A stretch of DNA of 62,430 nucleotides, filler included, from Rhabdomonas costata (GCA_019059605.1; 19 parts of 19 records of this genome joined end to end with filler, not necessarily neighbours in it), one strand, 5' to 3'. Shown: positions 35,671 through 49,861, counted from the whole stretch's first letter. Made by a program: numbers and translations. The notes: a model not told the origin generated them from the letters alone.

Positions 35671-38600
35671 TGAGATGAGTTGGTTGGCCACTTCCCGGCC
35701 TCGGACTCCTTCTCTACGCCGAGATATGGCCCCTTCACGGTCCCATTTTCGACCTCTTAAGGGCATTTTCGACTTACCGCATTTCCAAGGCCTGGTGTGC
35801 ACTTTTTGGACCTTTGCAGGCCTGCATACTGAGCCTAAGCTTTCGGTCGGGCTTCCTTAGCATTCCTAAGAGTAGAGCCAGGAGTACTTCATGCTGGCAC
35901 CGGAATGGGCCGGAATGCTTCGGTTCATAGCCACGCTAAAAGCCATTTAAGGGCCATTTTGGGGTGTTTTTGGGCCCTTTTGGGCTTGGAAGGACCATTT
36001 GTTTTTGCGCTGGCTTTACATCGAGCTTGGGCTTTGATCCGCGAAAAACTGTAGGCGCACGCCGGTGTGCCAGAAGCGATTTAAAAAATAAAAAAAAATT
36101 GATACATACACAGCTCGTGGAGGCACCTGAGACCACAAACANNNNNNNNNNNNNNNNNNNNNNNNNNNNNNNNNNNNNNNNNNNNTTAATTAATTAANNN
36201 NNNNNNNNNNNNNNNNNNNNNNNNNNNNNNNNNNNNNNNNNCTGAAATTCTATCGACTTCGCTTCATCTTTTCAATTCCCCCTCACCCCAAGAAATGATA
36301 TTTCCTGTTTTGCCCCTTACCAATTCCCATTCCCGGCCTCCACCCACCATGGTTCGAGTACACTACCGTTCCCTCATCCCAACGTTGCCCCTGTTTTGTC
36401 CCGTATTGCCAAAAACTTCTATCCTTGACCAAGACCCTGATTCTTGATGGCAATAGACCTACAAAGTTCCTTCCATGAACCCATCCCTTACAACGGATGG
36501 TTGCTCACCTGATCGCCGTTTTTCCCTTTACCGCGTTGGTTTCCTTGGGCCTTGCCCTTGGAAGGTTCTTGCCCTTCTCTCCACTTTCTCTTCTCTTGCT
36601 TTAGTCTTTTTCCTGGCCTTGTGTCTTATACTCAGGTTGTGTTTTTTCCGACTTGCCTCGGTCAGATGTTCTTATTCTCTTTGTCCTCAATTTTCTCTCC
36701 ATTCAACTGCTCCCATATATCTCCCGTGACTTCCTCCAATGGCTTTATCCAAATGCATTGCTGTTAGGCTTTCTGAAGTCTCATCTCACCAACAGAATTT
36801 GTCTCTGCTCTTGAATCGTTTCTGCCCTCATGCGCTGAATTTCCAATCTTCAGTTTGTCAACCATTCCTCTCTAATCTCGTATTTCGACCACTCTATTCA
36901 CTCCTTCAAACACGGCTGTGAAAATATTGACTATTGCGAACAGCAGTGTGTTCTTTATCTTTCTCTCCTACGTGACCAGGGCCATCCACATCCGTGGCAC
37001 TTTCCTAATCCGTAGCTGGGGTCCTAATGAGTAGCTAGAATCAGCCATTGGATGAGCACTGCCGGGTGGAGACCGTTTCCGTGAAAGCCTGTCGTCGCCT
37101 CAAGACTCAACCTGGTTTTATGCTGCACACAGCGATGCCCTGGGACTTCGCTTCTCGGCCGCTGACTTCCAGCTACTGTGTTTCAGCTTGATTGGTTTCC
37201 GTTTAGTCTCCTTTCAAGAAGCTGCAATTTGTTCTGCATGCGGCCTCTAAGTGGACGTCCACGGGCCCAATTCTCTTGGAGGCGCCGTGGTTTGCATTGC
37301 AGATGCCACAAGAGTCTGCTGTATGGTTGAGCAATGCGTCTCACAGGACTCCGGGCGCACATCTGGGAGACTAAGATCGCGGCGGAAATCTCGCTGTTGA
37401 CATTTTTGTGGTCAACGAGCTTCAGCTATTAGCCAACCTCTGCCTTACCTGCGGTCTCGCGTACACAGGAATGTGCGCCAATAATAAAGCCTTGTACTTG
37501 ATACCCTTACGCCAAAGAACGCGTGATGTTTGTTCCATTGGTGGGGTACACCTGCTGCAGTTTGTAAGCCTCTGCGGTTGCATTCCAGCACTGCCTGTTC
37601 CGGCGCTACCAGAAGCGGTCTGGTATTCCACTCGTAAGTGTATCCTTATCTGTGGGGCCTGGTTTTTTTGGGGCGTGCGCAAGCGATTGGCCGTATCTTT
37701 CTTTGGTGGGTTCCTCTGGTTGTGAATTCTATACCAGATTTTCCGGATATACCATGTACTGTGTTCCACAAATATCTTACACACACTCTTTCAGTTTGCA
37801 TCATTTGCTTTACGCCTCTTATTTTCTTTATGTTTGTCTCCAGTACACGCTCTGCTCTACTCTTTACCACTCTTTTTTCCATAACACTCTGCGTTAGTGC
37901 CATCATAACTGATCCGTTTGTCCCCGTAGTTTTTGTTTCCACNNNNNNNNNNNNTGTTGTTTGTCTCCAGTACACGCTCTGCTCTACTCTTTACCACTCT
38001 TTTTTCCATAACACTCTGCGTTAGTGCCATCATAACTGATCCGTTTGTCCCCGTAGTTTTTGTTTCCACCAACATGCACAATGCCCTTTTCACCCACTAT
38101 ACACATCGCACCCCATTGAATATTTCATTAAGCATCTAGCGCACAAGCAAGTTTTTTCTGCAGTACCCCACTCTTGTTATTGGTCTTTGTGTTCCCAGGC
38201 ATGGGCGTGGTGTAGGAAGAAATGCTATGTTGGGTCACAAGAACCATGGAGGTGGAATAATATGGACAAGCATGTATGGTATACTGCAGTTGCAGTGGTG
38301 GCGTAGCCTGCGGGTGACACAACGAGTGTATGAGGGTCCCTTGTAGCTGATCAGGTCAAGGTGGACCATAGGTGCAACATTCGGGGTGCAAACAAAATGA
38401 TAACGACTCACATGAGGCTTAGGGTCTACAGACATAAGAGGCAAAGCGCAGCGCACCAAATTGCCGCCGCAATCCATGCGGAATGCTCCCCACCACCGAT
38501 GTGTAAACTCTTGCCTGAAACAAGTCTACACAGTCTACACCTGTGGTGACTTCTAGCAATGTGGCTCAGCGCACATTGATGGAAGCTTCCAACGGAGCAA

Positions 38601-39974
38601 ATTTGTCGTTAATCCCACGTCCAGTTGATGTGCAATGTGGGTGCAAGCACGAAATACTGGGCCAGGGCCTCCGTATGTGCGTGCCAGGCGGTAGAGGTAT
38701 ATGCATGAAGCTGTACAAATAGGTCGGAAAGTCATGTCGGTGGTTCTGCCATATGAGAGCTACTGTTGGAAGTAGAGGAGGATTCCACGCATTAAGAGGC
38801 AACGAAGCCCCGCAGCAGGTTCAGGCACGAGCTAAAACCATAATCAATGTCAGAAGTACCGTAAGGACATACGGCCGAGGTTGATCCGCACTCGTCCAGT
38901 GGTATAGATTGGATGAGAAAAGCATGGCGTCCACAGGATCCTGGCGGTAAATCCAAAGGTGAAAATCCCGAGAGTACGCAACGGAAATGAGACGACACTC
39001 ATCCTGCGTAAGAGCTGAGGGTTCAGATTCAGTGGAGCCTTGAGACCACGTCAATCATGACACAATACGCACAGTGTGTCTTCTGGAGCTTGTAAGATGG
39101 CAGCTTCTGTTTTGACAAGCACCACAAAGTGACGTCAATTACTGGATAAAGCCCTCGCAGACCAGAGAGACAAACAGGTTAACCGCTGGCATGCCGAGGA
39201 GAAATGCGCAGGCCACTAGAACACCTGAAGGGAACAAAAATGTCAGTATGCATGGTCCGGAACAACTGAAAATGAGGAATAGCGCAGCAATAGAACCGAC
39301 AGAATCTCAATAAAATACAAGAGGTTTTCTTTACAATGGTTTACCACAAGTGTCCGCCAAGACCAAAGTCATGAATACAATAAACGCATCGAGAGTTAGC
39401 CAATTAGGTGTGGTACATTTGCGAGAAAGTACACGTCCAGTCCAAAGCATATAGAANNNNNNNNNNNNNNNNNNNNNNNNNNNNNNNNNNNNNNNNNNNN
39501 TTAATTAATTAANNNNNNNNNNNNNNNNNNNNNNNNNNNNNNNNNNNNNNNNNNNNTGTTTTGTGTGGCAGGATTCAATCTTGTCCGATCCCACGACAAC
39601 AGTTCCGCCGCGTTTCCCCCAAAATGGACCATTCTTTGGCTTTTCGGGGACAGCATTTGTCTGGCTTTTGTTGTATATTGTTTTAGTGCTCGAGCGCATT
39701 TGGGGTAATGTGATGGTCGCCTTTTCCTTACCTCTGAATCTCATTCTGAGTATTCTGCTGGGTGTATCGCAGCTTTGAGCGCATGTTTTCATTTGATCTC
39801 AATCCATCCAGTTCGTCGAATGGTAGAAACAGGAATTTCTCCCTGCTGTCTGCCTGCGGCGTGAACTTTCCCGTTTTCGCGACTTTGTTGACGCGTCGAT
39901 TGTCTCAATAAGGACGCTGTTTGTCGCAAAGCGACGACTTGTAATCGAGAATGTTCCTCACCACACTCAAACAG

Positions 39975-40541
39975 GTGTATCGCTTCCGACATGAGCAGCT
40001 GCAGCAGGACTACCTTCAGCGCCAGAGCATAATGCTGGCAGAGAAGTCCCAGGCTGCACTGGAGATCGCCCCGGTCAGCCCCGCGGTGACTCTGTGCCCC
40101 GAAGGAATCATCCTAAACCACGACCTGAACGAGGTCTTCCTCTTCCACGGCTGCGACACCAGGATAGTGCCGGGGATCCTGCAGCAGGGCCTCGACCTTC
40201 GCCTAGCCAAGGACGGGCTGTACGGCAGAGGGATCTACTTCGCACAGGAGGCGTGCAAGTCCCTGGCCGACTCCAATGTCGCCAACCTAGACGGGCACCG
40301 ATGTCTGCTGTACTGCCGGGTCACCCTTGGGCTGGTTGCTTATGCCACGGGAAGGTGCGAGGAGCTGAAGCGCCCCCCAGAAACCGGCACCGAGGGGATT
40401 CTGCATGACAGCCTTGTGGTGAACCCGGGGATCTCCACTGGAGTCGGTGGAGCTGCGGGTCTGCAGATCCATCGGGAATTCGTGATCTTTGAGAAGTCTC
40501 AGGCCATTCCGGAGTTCGTGATCTACTTCACATTCCGCTGA
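39975..40541 (+). CDS. PARP catalytic domain (tankyrase-like), final exon
   Basis: NEVFLFHG, GLYGRGIYFA..ACKS, HRCLLYCRVTLG and REFVIFEKSQAIPEFVIY motifs; H-Y-E triad present; phase-0 CAG acceptor at 39972-39974. Confidence 0.92.
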   Translation: MYRFRHEQLQQDYLQRQSIMLAEKSQAALEIAPVSPAVTLCPEGIILNHDLNEVFLFHGCDTRIVPGILQQGLDLRLAKDGLYGRGIYFAQEACKSLADSNVANLDGHRCLLYCRVTLGLVAYATGRCEELKRPPETGTEGILHDSLVVNPGISTGVGGAAGLQIHREFVIFEKSQAIPEFVIYFTFR

Positions 40542-41518
40542 CCGTCGATCCGCTGTCAATCGCCCGGAGCACCAGTGGTGCTGCTTCTTCCCATTGGATT
40601 GGTGTGGGCGGGCCACTGTCTCCGCAAGTGGCTTCCCTCCTCCCGCGGCCTTGCAACCAGGCTTACCCTCTCTTGATCTTCCCTACTTTCTTCCCCCGTG
40701 TACGAGTGCTTTGCAGATGCCGTTGGCTCGCGCCCCCTCCTGTGATAGATTCTTTGCTTTCGTAGAATGCCGGAAAAACAGAGCAGGCCTGAAGGATTCT
40801 GAACTACGCCTCGTTCTTGTATCCGGGAACTAGGTTGTGCTAGAAGTTAGTAGTTGTAGTGTACTGTTTGAGAAGTCCTTCTCGCCGCTCTGACACTTTC
40901 GAACGGCTTTGTTTTAGGGCGTGTGTATTTCTCTCTTCAGTGCTTTGGGGGATTGGCCCATCTGGCCTCTTCACGGCATGTGGATCCTAATTAGCACCGA
41001 TTATACGCCCATAACGTCATTTTGCGTGCATGGGCGACATTTTTTATTCTCTGCTGGACTGCACCGAATCGGAGACTTAGCGGCATTCGACCTGTAGTGC
41101 AGTTCGAGTCTGGGTGTTGGCGGTATGGTACTTCTGAGGTTGTCTACTTCTGGGTCCCGAGCACTTTGTTTGCCTAAACATAACGTTCAAAGGCGTAATT
41201 TTGGCCTTTAGGGACTTTTTTGCATCAACGAAATTCAGTAACCTGGGTATGTGCTTTTTAATTTGTGACTGCTTTTTGACCGTCGAACCGGACGATTACC
41301 GGGAGATTCTGATGTATGTGCTTCTCATCTTTGGGCTCGATGTGCATTGGGGCAATTTTTGAATGCTGCCAAGTGTGAACTTCCTAAGTGCGTCGCGTTG
41401 CAAAAGCATTACGGCGCCGGTCTTTCTGCATCTCCATTGCTGCGGTGTTCAGTGAGCTCGTGTTTGTGTGCCTGTTTGGCTCTCCGTCTGTCCTGCCACT
41501 GATGTCCTTGGGTTGTAG

Positions 41519-41660
41519 TGTACGTTGAATCGATCCCTGGCAGCCCAGGCACCGCGCTGTGGCTCGGTAGGGAGGATGGCCTGGTTGATGTCACCGCGGA
41601 GATGCGGCCGATCTTCGAGGACTTGATCTGGCGCACTACCCAAGCTGCGGCCAAGGGATG
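41519..41660 (+). CDS. Possible isolated exon of an unknown gene
   Basis: TTGTAG acceptor followed by coding-like YVESIPGSPGTALWLGREDGLVDVTAEMRPIFEDLIW; donor uncertain. Confidence 0.3.
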
Positions 41661-43518
41661 TATCCATCCAGAAGGTGCGTTCGGCGTGCAATTCGGGGTA
41701 GAGTCGTCCCACGCACATTCACATGCTCAGGAATTGAGACACTGTAATTCTGGCACAAAAAGTGTGTTTTTCCATCCGTACTCCTGATGTGTGTGTGCGC
41801 GCCGCTGCCGGCGGAGGATGTCGTGCATAGCATGCATAGAATGCATTGAAAGCCCTTTTTTCTCATTTAAAAAAACGAATGAGAACTGCGGTTAGTTCAC
41901 ACAAATTCCACTGTTTTGAAGCAGAAACCCTTTTTCATTCACTCACCCAGTAATCGATTATCCAAACCCTCTAAGCATAGGGAAGAATCTGAATAAATGG
42001 GAACGGCAAATGTGATATTGTGTCAGCTTCGGTTACCTGCATCTGCATTTGAACCCCCGGGCGAGCTCGCAGATTTTATCGGTTTCCTGGGCTTCCTTAA
42101 ACCAGCCTACCCGTTTTGTGTGAAAACATTAGCGCCCCACTTTCTGCGATCATGTGCCCAATGCCCGCAGTCGTACCCTGGCCTCCAAGAAAAACGTAGT
42201 TCGGGCAATCTAAGTCGTGACAGATGTTTATCCCAAGGTGCCCTACTTTAGTTGGTGGGAGCGCTTCAAGTAGCACGTTTTTGAGGTTTCGTCACGGAAG
42301 GCTACGCGAAACAGACTGGGCCTCTTGTATATATTTTTGGGGGGAGGCGTTAAACGATTAGCAATGGTGAACATTTAGTACTGCCAAATGGTAACAAATT
42401 CTCAATCCCCGCTCAAATCACCATATGTCTAGGGGTCGGAAAAAGTATCCCTAACCTCATTTGCTAAAATAAATGTATTTAGAGGTAGTTGACACAGTTT
42501 ACCCCAGTGTCCTAAAAATAACATCTGCAAAAATGTGCGTGATTGGTACGTTTAGCACTGCCAACCGTTAAATAGTGCTAAACAACCCATCCGCCCGCTC
42601 CGGCCGTGCCGCTTTGAGGTGCTGGCCTTCGCACCTAAACGAAAATCCTTTTTGTATTGCCACCTTCTAGGAACCATCCATCGCCCTTGCGCTCTGACCT
42701 AAACGTTTAGCGCAACCACCCCCCAAACACACCAACACNNNNNNNNNNNNNNNNNNNNNNNNNNNNNNNNNNNNNNNNNNNNTTAATTAATTAANNNNNN
42801 NNNNNNNNNNNNNNNNNNNNNNNNNNNNNNNNNNNNNNCTCTGATGTCTCACATCGTTCCGGCCTTGAAACACTGCTCCATGTTGGGCTGCCGTTTTACG
42901 CATTCCGCTGCGGGAACCCCAACCCACTCAATCCCCGTAGTAACGTGGAATGATCCCCTTGGATGATGAGGCTTAACGCCCCACATTCGCGAATTTTTCG
43001 TCAGTGAACTGCCCTCTGGCGAGTGACATATGGGACGCAAGTCCAGAAGTTCACTGGAATTTCAGCAACTGTTGACCTTGATAGACTGCCAGCCAACTTC
43101 GTGTGCAATGCTGAGTGGACGCTTCCACTCGCGTCCGCCCTGGCCTTGCTAACCCATGTCTTGCCCTTCCGGAAACAGTTCATCGAATGAGGGGAACGAG
43201 AAGCCCGGCATTGTTACGCGATGTCTCAGAAAAAGAACCACAAGATACCAAAAACCCAAATTTACTTTAATTGTAGAGAAAGACCTGATATATGACCATT
43301 GGTTGGCGTCACTCCACAGCTCCACCAAGAATAGTGGCCGACCTTGGGACCTTGTGTGGTCTTGTGTGGGGAAAGACCAACCCCGTGGGAGAGTATGTGA
43401 AAACAGGGTCCCCGGCCATGACCTCGGCCTCGAGGGGTCAACCACCACAACCGCCTGCACCGCCAACTCAACAAAGCAGCGTTGCAAGCAGGACAGGGCA
43501 GTGAGCAAGGCTTCACAC

Positions 43519-45694
43519 CTTGATGTAGACCGGGTAGTGCCGGGTGGAGGCCCGCACATCCCACACAATGGACTCCCCCGACTGAAGGCACATCAGGGGC
43601 TGCAGGATCCCTTTGGTCGCCGTGGTCTGCTGGACGCGAGCCCTTCCGGGGCGGCGGTGGGAAGTCGAGGCGTTGCCTCCGGAGCTTCCCGTGGTGCCAT
43701 TGAGCATATCCATCACCTCATCCGCCGTAAGGGAATACCTGGAAAACAGAGCCCTAAAACTCCCTCGAAGCAACCAGTGGCCAAAGCCAAGACCACCTCA
43801 GTACACAGAGACAGCTGTTTCGCACATGCCCCACACTGCTCTTCATACAACCCAGGAAGAGAGTTGGGTGAGCGAGGCATGAACGACATCTTTGGACCCT
43901 TTCCGGGGATTTCGGGATTGTAAAAAGGTCATTTATAGTTTTATAATTTTTATAATCTTTAATAATTTTAATAATTTGTGTCAGCTCATCACTCGAAAAA
44001 AAAAAGAAAAAAAATGAATCTGTCTGGCTGAGAACATACTTACCATACGCACCGTCGCGCAAGGCACAAGGGTACCAAGGGAGAGGTGCACAATAAACCG
44101 CTCTCGAGAAGGCAGACACCTTCCCAGCTGGCCGTCGGCGGACTGCTGGACGACCGTTAAGTTACAGCACGAGGAGGTGCAGCTGGCGCTTCCCGCAGTG
44201 ATCATGCTGGCGGGCACTGTGGTGGTAACCTTGGAGACGGGGTTGTACATCGAGACCACGCCGTGCATGGGGTCAAAGCAGACCTGCAGGGCGCGGGCGC
44301 GGCAGTCTGCGTTGCAGACGTAGTTCTCGTTGACGACCGTGTCGCACACGCATACCTACGAGGCAAACCGGAGCAAAAGGAAAAAGGAGATTAGGGTTAG
44401 GGTTGGGGGAAAGGAAATGGGTTACATTCATCCAATACAGCAAACGCTGAAACTTACACCCTTATTAACAGCTGGGGGTGATGTCCTTGACAGGGGTATG
44501 CGTTTATGGATAGGTGGTTCGCAGGTCCCAGACCCAGACCCAAACCAGTTCTTTTCCTTTTTCTTGCTGGGTTGGGTCTCCATTCTCTCCTTCCAACCTC
44601 TGAGCCTATGGGCCTCGAACCCAGGTGTCGGCAGACCCAAGGCAAATCACACACACACACACACCACACACACGCGCACTACCCCAGAAAGGATGTTGTA
44701 GGAGCCCTTGCCGTCGGGGCAGGAGGTCTGACCGCAGGTCGAGCCGCAGTTGCCGTCGGAGTCCCGCACGGTGCCCAGGGGGCAGCGGCTATAGACGATG
44801 GGCTGGCAGTCCAGGGCGGAATCTTGGTCGCTTAGCACTCGGTTCTGGTCGACAAAGTAGTATCCCGGCTCGCATACGCACGCCTTCGAGGTCTTCTGGA
44901 AGGCCCGATGGGTGCCGTTGCACACGCAAGTGGTGGCTCCCACCCCAGACCACGAGCTCTGTCCGCAGGGGAAGCTGAGCGCCGCACACCCACCATCCAC
45001 CATGCTTTGAGCGCACTTGGCGAAAAGGAATGCAAATAACCGCACGCGAGTAGAAGCACAGAGAGAGCGTAAAATTCCACGTGACCGATGCATCTTCAAT
45101 GTTATGAGTTCTGTGCTTGGCCCTGTGGCCTTGAACATATTCAAGCGACCACAAGCTTGTTGAACTCGTACACGACATGGCGCTTCAAACGGCCCTCCGC
45201 GGGTTAAAAGGCCTTTTTACTGAGCTCAAACTTCTCGCTTCCCGACAGGATGATGCACATTCCGGTGTCATTGTTGCAGTCAACTTCCCAGACTCCGCAC
45301 ATACACACAGACAGAGACAAAGAGAGAACATTACAACTGCTCTGCATTGGAAAACCTGGGTGAGCACTTATTCTTCGCGGCTGTTTCCCTGGGGTTCATA
45401 CTGACCCATCCTTCGAGCCTTTACCCTCGAACGGACAGCACACTGAGAGAAGCTGCAGAAAGTGATGACTGAGGGGTAAACAAGTGCTGAATATTCGGCA
45501 TCGGGGGTGAGACGTGCACAGGGCGGTAAACGTGGCACGCGGAGGTGCGTACCATTTTGTCTGGCTTTCGAGGTAGGTGAACGTGTTCGCGGGGCAAAGA
45601 TTGCATGAGGACAGCTCGGACTGGCCCACCTGGTCCCCGTAGGTGCCCACAGGGCAAGGGATCTCTTGGGTGATGCCAGCGGGGCAATAGAAAC
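43519..45694 (-). CDS. Giant Cys-rich surface protein with GCC2/GCC3 (ephrin-receptor-like) repeats; internal exons 45694-45553, 44974-44683, 44355-44120, 43738-43519
   Basis: GFYCPAG...CPVGTY...CxLCPANTF repeat, followed by CVCNGTHRAFQ..CVCEPGY, DCQPIVYSRC and GILQPLMCL...HYPVYIK; intron phases 2, 0 and 2 all match. Confidence 0.85.
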
Positions 45695-48600
45695 CTGAGA
45701 AACCCAATCGACCCCTCCCCATTTTGTAAACTCGTACGGACTGGGACTTGCGTGATCCAAAACATCAACCATAGCAGAAATCACGAAAAATCTAGGAACA
45801 CTGAGCGAGGCGAAGGAGTTTTCAAAATTCCTTGATCCAGCGTGAACGTCCCGATGTACCCCGAGCGCTGGGTCGAGCATTACCTTTACGGTGACGAGGC
45901 TGAAGTTTACACTAATCCCGACCTCAGCACTGATCCATGATGCATCCTTTCAAAACAAAAACAGAAAAAGCAGAAAAAACAGAAAAACACAGGAGAAGTA
46001 AATGAGAGCAGATGCCACCAACANNNNNNNNNNNNNNNNNNNNNNNNNNNNNNNNNNNNNNNNNNNNTTAATTAATTAANNNNNNNNNNNNNNNNNNNNN
46101 NNNNNNNNNNNNNNNNNNNNNNNTGGTTTTCCACAGCTGAAATGTTTCCTCTTAAAAACGCATGGTGGTTGATGGTAGTAGTGTGGGCGTAATGGTAGTG
46201 ACAGTGGCTCCAACAATCATCGCTACACCTAAGACACACCATTCTACCGTATGTGTGGAGGTGGAAAGGATGGCAGAGGTGCATCCAGCTAACCATGTTG
46301 TGCGTCAGTTGCTCCTCCATTTGCGTCCCTTTCTATCTGGTGGTAAGTGCCACAGAGGGATTACATGATAAGGAGTGATGCCATCACCCACCATGAGATC
46401 ATGCGAGGAGGGATGTTGATGCCTCAAATGCAATGGATCATCTTACATCTCTATCTCATACTACGTGTAAGATATGGAGGCTAAGGCATAAAAGATGCTG
46501 TGTCGTTGCATGCTCCTACGTAGCATGCTCATCATAGATGTGAAGTTTGTCACTCCACCGCTACGCGCTTCCGTTACTCACTCATAATCTCTTGCGTCCT
46601 CAATCCTTACGCTTGTTTGTCCTACAGTAATCATTGCGTTCTCGTCGCTAGCGCTCCTCGTTCTACCATCACACTCACAATCGCTATGCTCATGTTCGTG
46701 GGGCCACCTTTTGTGCTTGTTGGTCGCATACTCCTACGTTGTATGCTACCGAAATGTGCTGCCCATTACCTGACTCTATTGTGGTGTAATAATATCTTTA
46801 GTAGTAAGAAAGAGTAAAAATGCTCTTCCTGGTCGTATGATACGCATACTACCTAAATGTATAGTTCACTTGCCACCAGACTGAGCTCGTTCACAGTACA
46901 GTAAGAGGTTGAGGCCGAATGGAGATGAGGCCGACAATGAATGTGCATTTTGAGACTGATACAAATGCAATAAACGATCTGCGGAAGCCGCTGCTTGTTG
47001 CCCAGTTTCTGTCGGCCATTGAACTAAACCAAAGTCCGCCCAAGTCTACAGGACCATTCCTCAGAACCTGGACTTTCACATGTCTGCGAAGCTCCGAATC
47101 GCTGAGCCATTGTTTTAACGTTATATACCGCCTGGTTTTTTAATTTCAGGTGCTTTTTGCATTCCATTGGATTGTATGTTTCAATTGGAGCGTTTTTACC
47201 ATGTCCATCCAGATCAAAACTGCTACTGAGTGGCGGGCAGCCCACAATTCCATTGCGCGTACGAGGCTTTGGTTGAGCAATTTTGCTTTTTAATAGCAGC
47301 GTCATTGCATTTTAAAAAGAAGACGTTGTGTGGTTACCGACGGTTCACACTGGAAACGACCCACACACACCGTGGTTATTTCCAGGATAATATTCCATGC
47401 TGATGCTGGGTGCAAAGGCCACACCTCAAGCTTAACGGCGCCTCTTTGACAAAGCTCTAAACAAATAATAATAATTATAAATAAAAATTTAGACCTAAAT
47501 GCCACGTACTAGGAGGACTAGTTCAGCATGAGGCGCACGTCACTTCCCCAAGCAAAAAAGCCGTGCTGAAAGGCCCGGGCTCCGCATGCCAATCAGTTTC
47601 TCAATTTAAGCGCGCGCAATTCTACACATCTTCATTCAAAATCGTCAAAAACTCCGCGCTCACAAAAAGATTGGACTTTGCGTGTGAAAAACAAAGTTTG
47701 CTACTCAAACTCCTGTTTTGCGCATGATATTTCTCCTCAAAAGCACGATTTGTTTTCAACTCAACTGTGTGTTCCAAAACCCGCCCCACACCACCCGGCC
47801 ATACTAATGCTTTAACAGGTGTTTAAGTGAAAAGGTTTGAAACGGCAAGAGCGAAACAAAAAGAATGTGGACGTCCAAACACTGCGAATATTATAAATTG
47901 CAGAGCCAGACCAGCACCACTGTAAAAATGCAACAAATGCAACTAACTACGGGACGGTGACAAGGTCATTGAATAGGACCGGGCACCACGTTGAGCCGCG
48001 TCCAGAACAGATAATAAACCGGGCCATTTAAAGGCCATTAAAAAGACAGCATTTGATCCGTGGCATGGGTTGGGCAAAAGAAATATGATTTCATAGCGCA
48101 AGAGGTTGTTTTTCAGTGTAGGAAGTAACACAACGGCCAAGAAACACGTAAGACCACGGGTAACTCACAGGGGCAAAAACCATAGTAGTTACAGAAATAG
48201 AGAGCTAAAGGAACTGAACCACCAGAACTGTGTAATGGCGGTTGTGGGTATTAGGTGGTGAGGTGAGATAATGTGTGGAAACTCGGGTATGGGGGTAATA
48301 GGGTGGTAGGAAAATAGCGGGAGAAAGGGTATTCGGGGTTCTGGGCGGAGGTGATGAGAGCAAGCTGCACTTGGAGTCCATGCGCGAGGCAGAGCCAGTT
48401 AATGAACCGTAAAAGGCTCACACGTGCCACACACATCATGAGGATTTTACTGTTCGAAAAGTATGGTACGCCGCCGAGTTGTCACCAACAACACAAACTT
48501 TGGAAAGTCCTGAGAGAGACGCCTGACGCAGACAGGAGAAAATGCCATACAACTCGGAGGTCTGTTGAGACTAAACACATGGTGTGGTGGGCACAGCGAT

Positions 48601-49861
48601 AGTATATGAGAATGGGCAAACACACGCGGCCAGAAGCCATGGGTGCCGTCGCAAAACACCAGGGGCATACAGTGCTGGAGGAGACGGCGACAGGTGAGGT
48701 GTTGTAGAGAGGAGAGACAACAAATGAGAAAAGAGCACCAGGGGCGGAGTGGGAGGATTGTAATAGATGTTGGTAAATAGAAGCCAGGAAGGGTGCAAAC
48801 ATGGAGGAGGTGGCAACAAACCACTGGAGGAATCCAAGGAGGCGCTACAGAGAACGTAATGTCAGCGCTCGAGTGCGGAGACACCACAGGTGTTGGAGTG
48901 CATACGCGACACTAGAGGGCATGTTGGAGAGAGTCCCGTGGGAAATGTGCCTACCGATCCAGACAAAGGATTTGGTGGGGATTAATTTGGACTTGTGGCT
49001 CAGACAGAGCCCCGATGTGATCAGGTGAGCGCAGCAGCAAAGGAAAGGTAATAGTGGTCAGGAGAGGCAAGAAGTATGTCGTCGAGATATTGAAAGAAGA
49101 GAACATATAGACGAAAGAGGATGCGGGGTGTGTTGTGCACGTAGGAGAGACCAAGACCAACCGAAATGGAGGCGGTTGCGTCCAGAAGTTTGCTCCCCAG
49201 CTGACAGAGCAAAGCATCACTGTATTTTGTGAGGAAGACGCAAAGTCCAAAAGAAATTGGACACATCCAGTTTTGCGAACAACAACCCCACACACACCCA
49301 CCACNNNNNNNNNNNNNNNNNNNNNNNNNNNNNNNNNNNNNNNNNNNNTTAATTAATTAANNNNNNNNNNNNNNNNNNNNNNNNNNNNNNNNNNNNNNNN
49401 NNNNTGCGGGCCCAGCATCCACCCTCATCTACCCACCCACACATATACTCACCCACAGTGCACTGGCTGGTGATAAGGGAAACTCAAAACCTCTTGTCTG
49501 CCGTGAAAAAGCGAAGGGTATGTGCACAACAGATCTCGAATTAATCGATCTCAGATCAATGGAAAGCCAATCTATCGTCTCACCATGTTCATGGTCCGTG
49601 GTTTTTTCTTTGCCTATGGTTCTTCTCTCTTTCTCTTTCTCTTCCCGTGTCTGCGTTCTTGCGGTAAAGTGGTATGGTGGTGGTGGCAGTTCGGTCTTGC
49701 AGTGAAGCCCCTCCTCCATCCTGAATTCCCCCAGTGCAGGGGTGTTGGGTCGTGTCGTGCAGAATGTGCATATGTCTTTGCCCTCCCCCCTCTCATTGCC
49801 CTTCAAGTGTGGGTTGTTGTCACTCTGTTCACACGTGTGCTGTGTGTGGATGGGCCCGCAG

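Noticed and set aside
37831-38069. 112-bp direct repeat
   Set aside because: Identical copies flank a 12-N scaffold gap; an assembly overlap.
43156-43923. 255-aa plus-strand ORF
   Set aside because: Overlaps, antisense, a phase-matched exon of the Cys-rich gene and has no motifs of its own.
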